Shown: one piece after another, positions 59,075-64,000 of the stretch
How the letters are laid out: the number at the start of each line of letters is the position of its first letter
Position numbering within the stretch: position 1 is the stretch's first letter
Source: the human T2T-CHM13v2.0 reference genome, Homo sapiens
Length of the DNA: 64,000 nt
Direction: 5' to 3' (one strand)
Assembly (NCBI RefSeq): GCF_009914755.1
Contig: NC_060926.1
Translations under genes and position numbers: made by a program
The notes under the pieces: generated by a model
What the model saw: the letters and a program-made list of their open reading frames with translations, nothing else
Database searches by the model: none
What the model was told of the DNA's origin: nothing

Positions 59075-61060
59075 CCAAAAACGAAATTTAGAAAACAATT
59101 TTATTTACAAACAGCATCAGATAATAAAATATTTAGGAATAAATGTCATAAGAAAAGTGAAAAACTTAAACCCTGACAACTACAAAACACTGTTGAAATA
59201 AATTCAAGAAGATCTAAATAAATGAAAAGATACCCTGTGTTAATCAATTAGAAGACTTAATATTATGAAGATGAAAATACTCCCCAAATTGATCTACAAA
59301 CTTAATGTAATCCCTATCAAAATTCATCCAGCTTCTCCCAAAAAAATGACAAGCTGATCACAAAATTCATACAGAAATCTAAGGAACCCAGAGTAGACAA
59401 AACAATATTGAAGAAAATCAAAGTTGGAGGATTTCCAATTTTAAAATTTACTACTGCTAACCTACATTGATTAAGACTGTGGCACTGACATAAGGATACA
59501 CATTCCAATCAATGGAACAGAATTGAGAATCCAGGAATCAACTCTTGTATTTATGGTCAAATTGATTTTCAGCAAAGGTGCCAAGACAGTTCAATGAAGG
59601 GAAGACTAGTCTTTTCAAGAAATGGTATGGGGCCACTGGATAGCCACATGCAAAAGAATGAATTTGGTTCCCTGCCTCACACCATATATAAAACTCAAAA
59701 TGAATCACAGATTTAAATGTAAGAGCTAAAACTATAAAACTCTTACAAGAAAGCATAAATGTAAATCTTCATGATATTAGATTAGGCAATGGTTTCTTAA
59801 CTATGACATTAAAAGCACAAACAACCAAAAAATTAGATGAATTGGACTTCAAAATTAAAACTTTTGTGCTTCAAAGGAAGTGAAATGACAACCCACTGTA
59901 TGCGAGAAAATATTTGCAAATCGTATATCTGATAAGGGACAGATATGTAAGATCTGGGACTTATCAGATAAGGGACAGATCTGATAAGGGACTAGAATAG
60001 ATAAAGAACTCTTCCAACTCAATAATGAAAAGACAAATGGTCCAATTTAAAAATGGGCAAAGTATCTGAAAAGACATTTCTCCAAAGAAGATATACAAAT
60101 GGCCAGTAAGCACATAAAAAGATGTTAGACTTAATTAGTCATCAGGGAAATGCAAATCAAAACCACAATGAGGTACAAATTCACATCCACTAGAATAGCT
60201 ATAATAAAAAAGACAGACAAGCCAGGCACTATGGTGCATGCCTGTAATCCAAGCTACTTGGGAGGCCAAGGCGAGCGGATCACTTGAGCCCAGGAGTTCA
60301 AGTCCAGCCTGGGCAACATAGTGAGACCCCATCTCTAATAATAAAAAATAAAAGACAATAACAAGTGTTGATGAAGATGTGGAGAAATTAGAACCCTCAC
60401 ATGCCACTGGTGGAAATATAAAATGGCGTAGCCACTTTGAAAAACAGTCTGGCAGCTCCTCAGAATGTTAAACACAGAGTTCTCACAGGAGCCAGCACTT
60501 CCGTTTCTAGGTCCATACCCAAAAGAAATGAAAACACATGTCCCCACCGAAACTGGTATACAGATGTTTATAGCAGCATCATCCATAAAAGCCCCAAAGT
60601 AGAAACAACCCAAATGTCCATCAGCTGATGAATGGACAAATAAAATAAATGTCTAGCCATACCACGGAATATCATTCGGCAATAAAACGGAATGAAGTAC
60701 TGATGCGCACTCTGGCATGACGGGCCCGGAAAACATTCTGCTCAGTGAAAGGAGGCAGCCACAAAAGCCCGCGTATGGTCTCATTCCATTTTTAAGGAAC
60801 GCCCAGAGTAAATCGCCCTGCAGAGGCAGTATGAAGATTCGTGGTTGTCCAAGGCTGAGATGGGGGTGCAGTGGAGGCAGGGGGAGGTGGTGGCTAAAGA
60901 GTATGGGGTTTGCTTGTTTAAGTGGTGGAAATAGGTTCATATTGATTGTGGTGATGACTGCACACTCCACGGATATACTAAAAGCCATTGAAGTATGTAC
61001 TTTAAATGGATGATTACATGGTAAGTGGATTATATCTGAATAAAGATGTTTATTTAAAAA
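59075..61060 (+). mobile_element. L1MB-like 3' ~2 kb
   Basis: ORF2 3' region ('aaactacaaaacactgttgaaataaattcaagaagatctaaataaatg') through the 3' end 'gaataaagatgtttatttaaaaa'. Confidence 0.85.
60221..60350 (+). mobile_element. FLAM-like Alu left monomer inside the L1
   Basis: Single left arm plus A tail; flanks share aaaagaca. Confidence 0.85.
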
Positions 61061-64000
61061 TCCTCTTTGGAGAGGCATTTGCAGCTCTGCCCTCTTTTCC
61101 AGGGCGCAAAGCTTCAAGGAGAGGAAGGATCACCAGCCCTGGGGCCAGAGCCCAGCAGTACCACAGACCTGCTGGGTTACCTTAGCCAGGTCTCCGCCCC
61201 TCTCTGACCTCAGTCTCATCTCTGATCATTTCTGAGGGCCTTTTGGCTCTTTGAGCTGGCAGCCCCAGTTCTGGAAATCTAGACTGAGGAGCCGTCCTCA
61301 TGAAGGACAAAGCTCTATGCTCAAAAAACATTCAGCGCAGCTTTTTCTGTAATGGTGAAAAACCAGAAGCCACCTGAGTTTCCGATAACAAGAGAAGAGT
61401 TACATAAATGAGGAGGTGCAGCTGTGCCATTCTAAGCAGGGCCTGCAGACACTGGTGAGGCGGGAAGTGCTGCTGCTGGGAGGTTTGCTGAAGGCAGGAC
61501 ACGAAACCCAGTGGCCGAGACAGCCTGGAGCTGGCAGGACGGTGGCAGTGGTGGGACTGTGAGCATGTCCTCTTCTACTCAGAAGCCCATCACTGTAGCC
61601 TTCATGGTGTCTGTGTGCCTGCACTGCAGACTGGAAGTAGATCCCTAATGTGTGATCCATGTGTACAGGCTGCCTGTAGGCTGCAGCAGCCCGAGGGTCA
61701 GGCAGACTTGAAGCAAGGAAGCCATTCCTCAGCCGGCCTCTGAGATGGCCCGATGGGCAGAGCTACCCTGGGGCAGCTGCCATGGACCCCAGTGAGCTCC
61801 AGCGGGGAGTTCTGCCAGTACACCCCATAGAGCGTCCTCACCCAGCTGGAATGGGGCTGACATGGATTAGAACGCCCCGGGAGGAACGGGGCTCCCTCTG
61901 GAGGGAGTCACTGCCCCATCCCAAAGTGCAAACGTCTCTTAGACAAAGACCATTGTTTGTGATCATTCTCCATCCTTGTCCCTCCACAACAGCACCTCTA
62001 CACCGGCACTACCTGTGATCCAGAGCATGTTCGAGGGAGTGAGGAAGAAACGTGAGGGGGAAATGGGGCCTCATGGTCCAGCCGGGGCTCCTCTTCCCAG
62101 ACTTACCTGGGCACTGGCAGTGGCCTCGAGCGGCAGGCTGGGTCCTCTTTCCCAGCCACGCCAGGCTTGGCCCCATGCCCAGCTCCCCTCCAGTCCTTTC
62201 ACAGGCCCAGGTCACAGCTGAGTCGGAACCATAGGTCCAGGGGTACAAGCTTTCCGCACCTGGGCCAGGTGCCACCTCCCTTCCTTCCTCCGCCCCCTGC
62301 CTCCTGTGGGTGGCTCCCTACAAGCCTTTAGGTGTCTCGCTCCCACCCCACGCTGCACAGGGACAAATGAGGGAGCCCACACACTCCTGACCCCCTGCAC
62401 CTGGGAGGAAGCAAAGACGGAGGGTGGAGGGTGGAGGGTGAGCAGGAGGGAGAGCCAAGCAAGGCTGCTGTCGGCACCACCCCCAGGCTGGCTTGTGTCC
62501 AGCACTGGCCATGAGAGTCCCTTGCTCTCTGGCGGCCTCTGTTCTCATTCGGCTGTCCTCAGCTGCATCTGGTCAGCAGCTAGCAGGGGCTGCAGCGTGG
62601 CAGGTGGAGAACTGCGAGGGGCCCTGGTGCGGATTCCAGGCCTCACCTGAGTCCTGCTTGGTGCCATTTGTCTTGACAACTGCTGACACTGAGTCTCCGA
62701 GACAGAAAAACAGGCAGAAAAGGGAACTGCGGCAGAAGGGGCTCCTGAGAGAGGGGCTGTGGCAGGGCAGGGGCTCGAGTGTGCTCTGGGCCAGGGAACC
62801 TGCTCCTGAGAGTCTGGGAGACTTTTCCATTTTCCAACGCGGTTTCACATTCAGGGCCTCAGTCCGCCTCACAGCACCAGCCCCGGCCTGAGACAGGCAG
62901 GCTCAGCCTCGCTAACAAATGAAAGAGCCACTTATGGGCCCTGTTTTGTGCCGGGCTTTGCACTGGCTGCATGTGGGACCCAGTCCAGGGAGAGGCAGAC
63001 AGATAGATAACTGAGAATGGTGCCGCAAGGGAAGTGCTCCAGCTGGTGTGTCCCCAGGCTGCAAGTCCCAGGCCCAGGAGGAGAGTGGAAGCTGGGGGCT
63101 CAGAAAGGCCTCCTAGAGCAGTGAGCCTAGAAGGAGGCCCAGAATGCAGCCGGCTGGGAAGAAAAGGCCAGGATAGGGAAGAGACATGCAAAGGCCTAGA
63201 AATTGCAAAATAGCTTTAAGTACTGAGGGCTTACTAAGGGCCAGGTGCCTGATGGTCCATCTTTCCCAACATTTTTCAACGTAGGCATTATTATCTCATT
63301 TCACAGACGAGAAAAGTGGTCTCATGTTACACCACTTGCACACCGTTACTCCTAAGGTTTTTGTGAGTCAGAGTAAGCGAACTGCTAGAACAAAGAATCC
63401 CAGATCTCTGCAGCTGAGCACAGGCTGATTTCTTGCTCATGTCACAGTCTAGGGTGAATCCAAGTGGTGATTCAGGGACCCAGGCTCTATTTATTCTCTA
63501 GTGCTACCATCTTTAGCTTGTGGCCTGCATGCTTGCAACAAAAGGGAAACTGAGTAAAGGATCCTGCTTGGGAGACTTTCATGGGCCAAGTGGATGTGGC
63601 GTACGTCTCTCTTCCACCCCCTTTCCATTGGCCCAACTCATGCCTAGATCAAGGGGGCTGGGAAATGTGGTCTCAGGGTGGTCAGGAAGAGGGGGACACC
63701 AGGAAGAGGGGGACACCCAGGATGTCAGGGGACTCTGGATGGTACATCCCTGAGCAGCTGATCCTGGGCCTGTGTCCTTAGCCAGAGGCTACTGCCCTTC
63801 ATGCACCAGGGAGGAACTGGGCACCCTGGGGAATGGCAAGTAACTGGGGTGGCGCCTGGACTTTGTCCTGTGGGCAGCCAGGAGCCACCAACAGGCTTTC
63901 AGGAGGGAAGTGCCCTGGGCAAGCCTGGGTTGCAGAGAGATAAGACTGCCGAGGAGAGAGCGTCGGGGAGGCAGGGGCGAGGTGACCAGGCCTGCAGTTC

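Overview
Primate, almost certainly human, GC-rich euchromatin (Alu, L1PA, MIR, L2, MLT and MER elements are present). Bases 1-7800 hold the 5' part of GPAT2 (mitochondrial glycerol-3-phosphate acyltransferase 2) on the minus strand. Seven coding exons splice by GT-AG into one open frame (MATMLEGRC...HKTLLD...SPALR), preceded by a candidate 5'UTR exon carrying a uORF and a CpG-island promoter. The gene continues off the left edge. The remaining ~56 kb is intergenic and repeat-rich: a full-length, ORF-disrupted ~6.15 kb L1PA (L1PA6-like), older L1M fragments, Alus, LTRs, MER33/MER58, a (CCAT)n tract and a 33-nt tailless U2 retro-insertion. I found no evidence of a new gene system. The most unusual signals are structural: a 190-bp inverted repeat enclosing an inverted copy of nearby LTR sequence, a 45-bp palindrome split by the L1, two small templated-insertion scars, and a perfect 131-bp tandem duplication. 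Repeat subfamily names and the chromosomal location (2q11.2, recalled) come from memory, not from a search.
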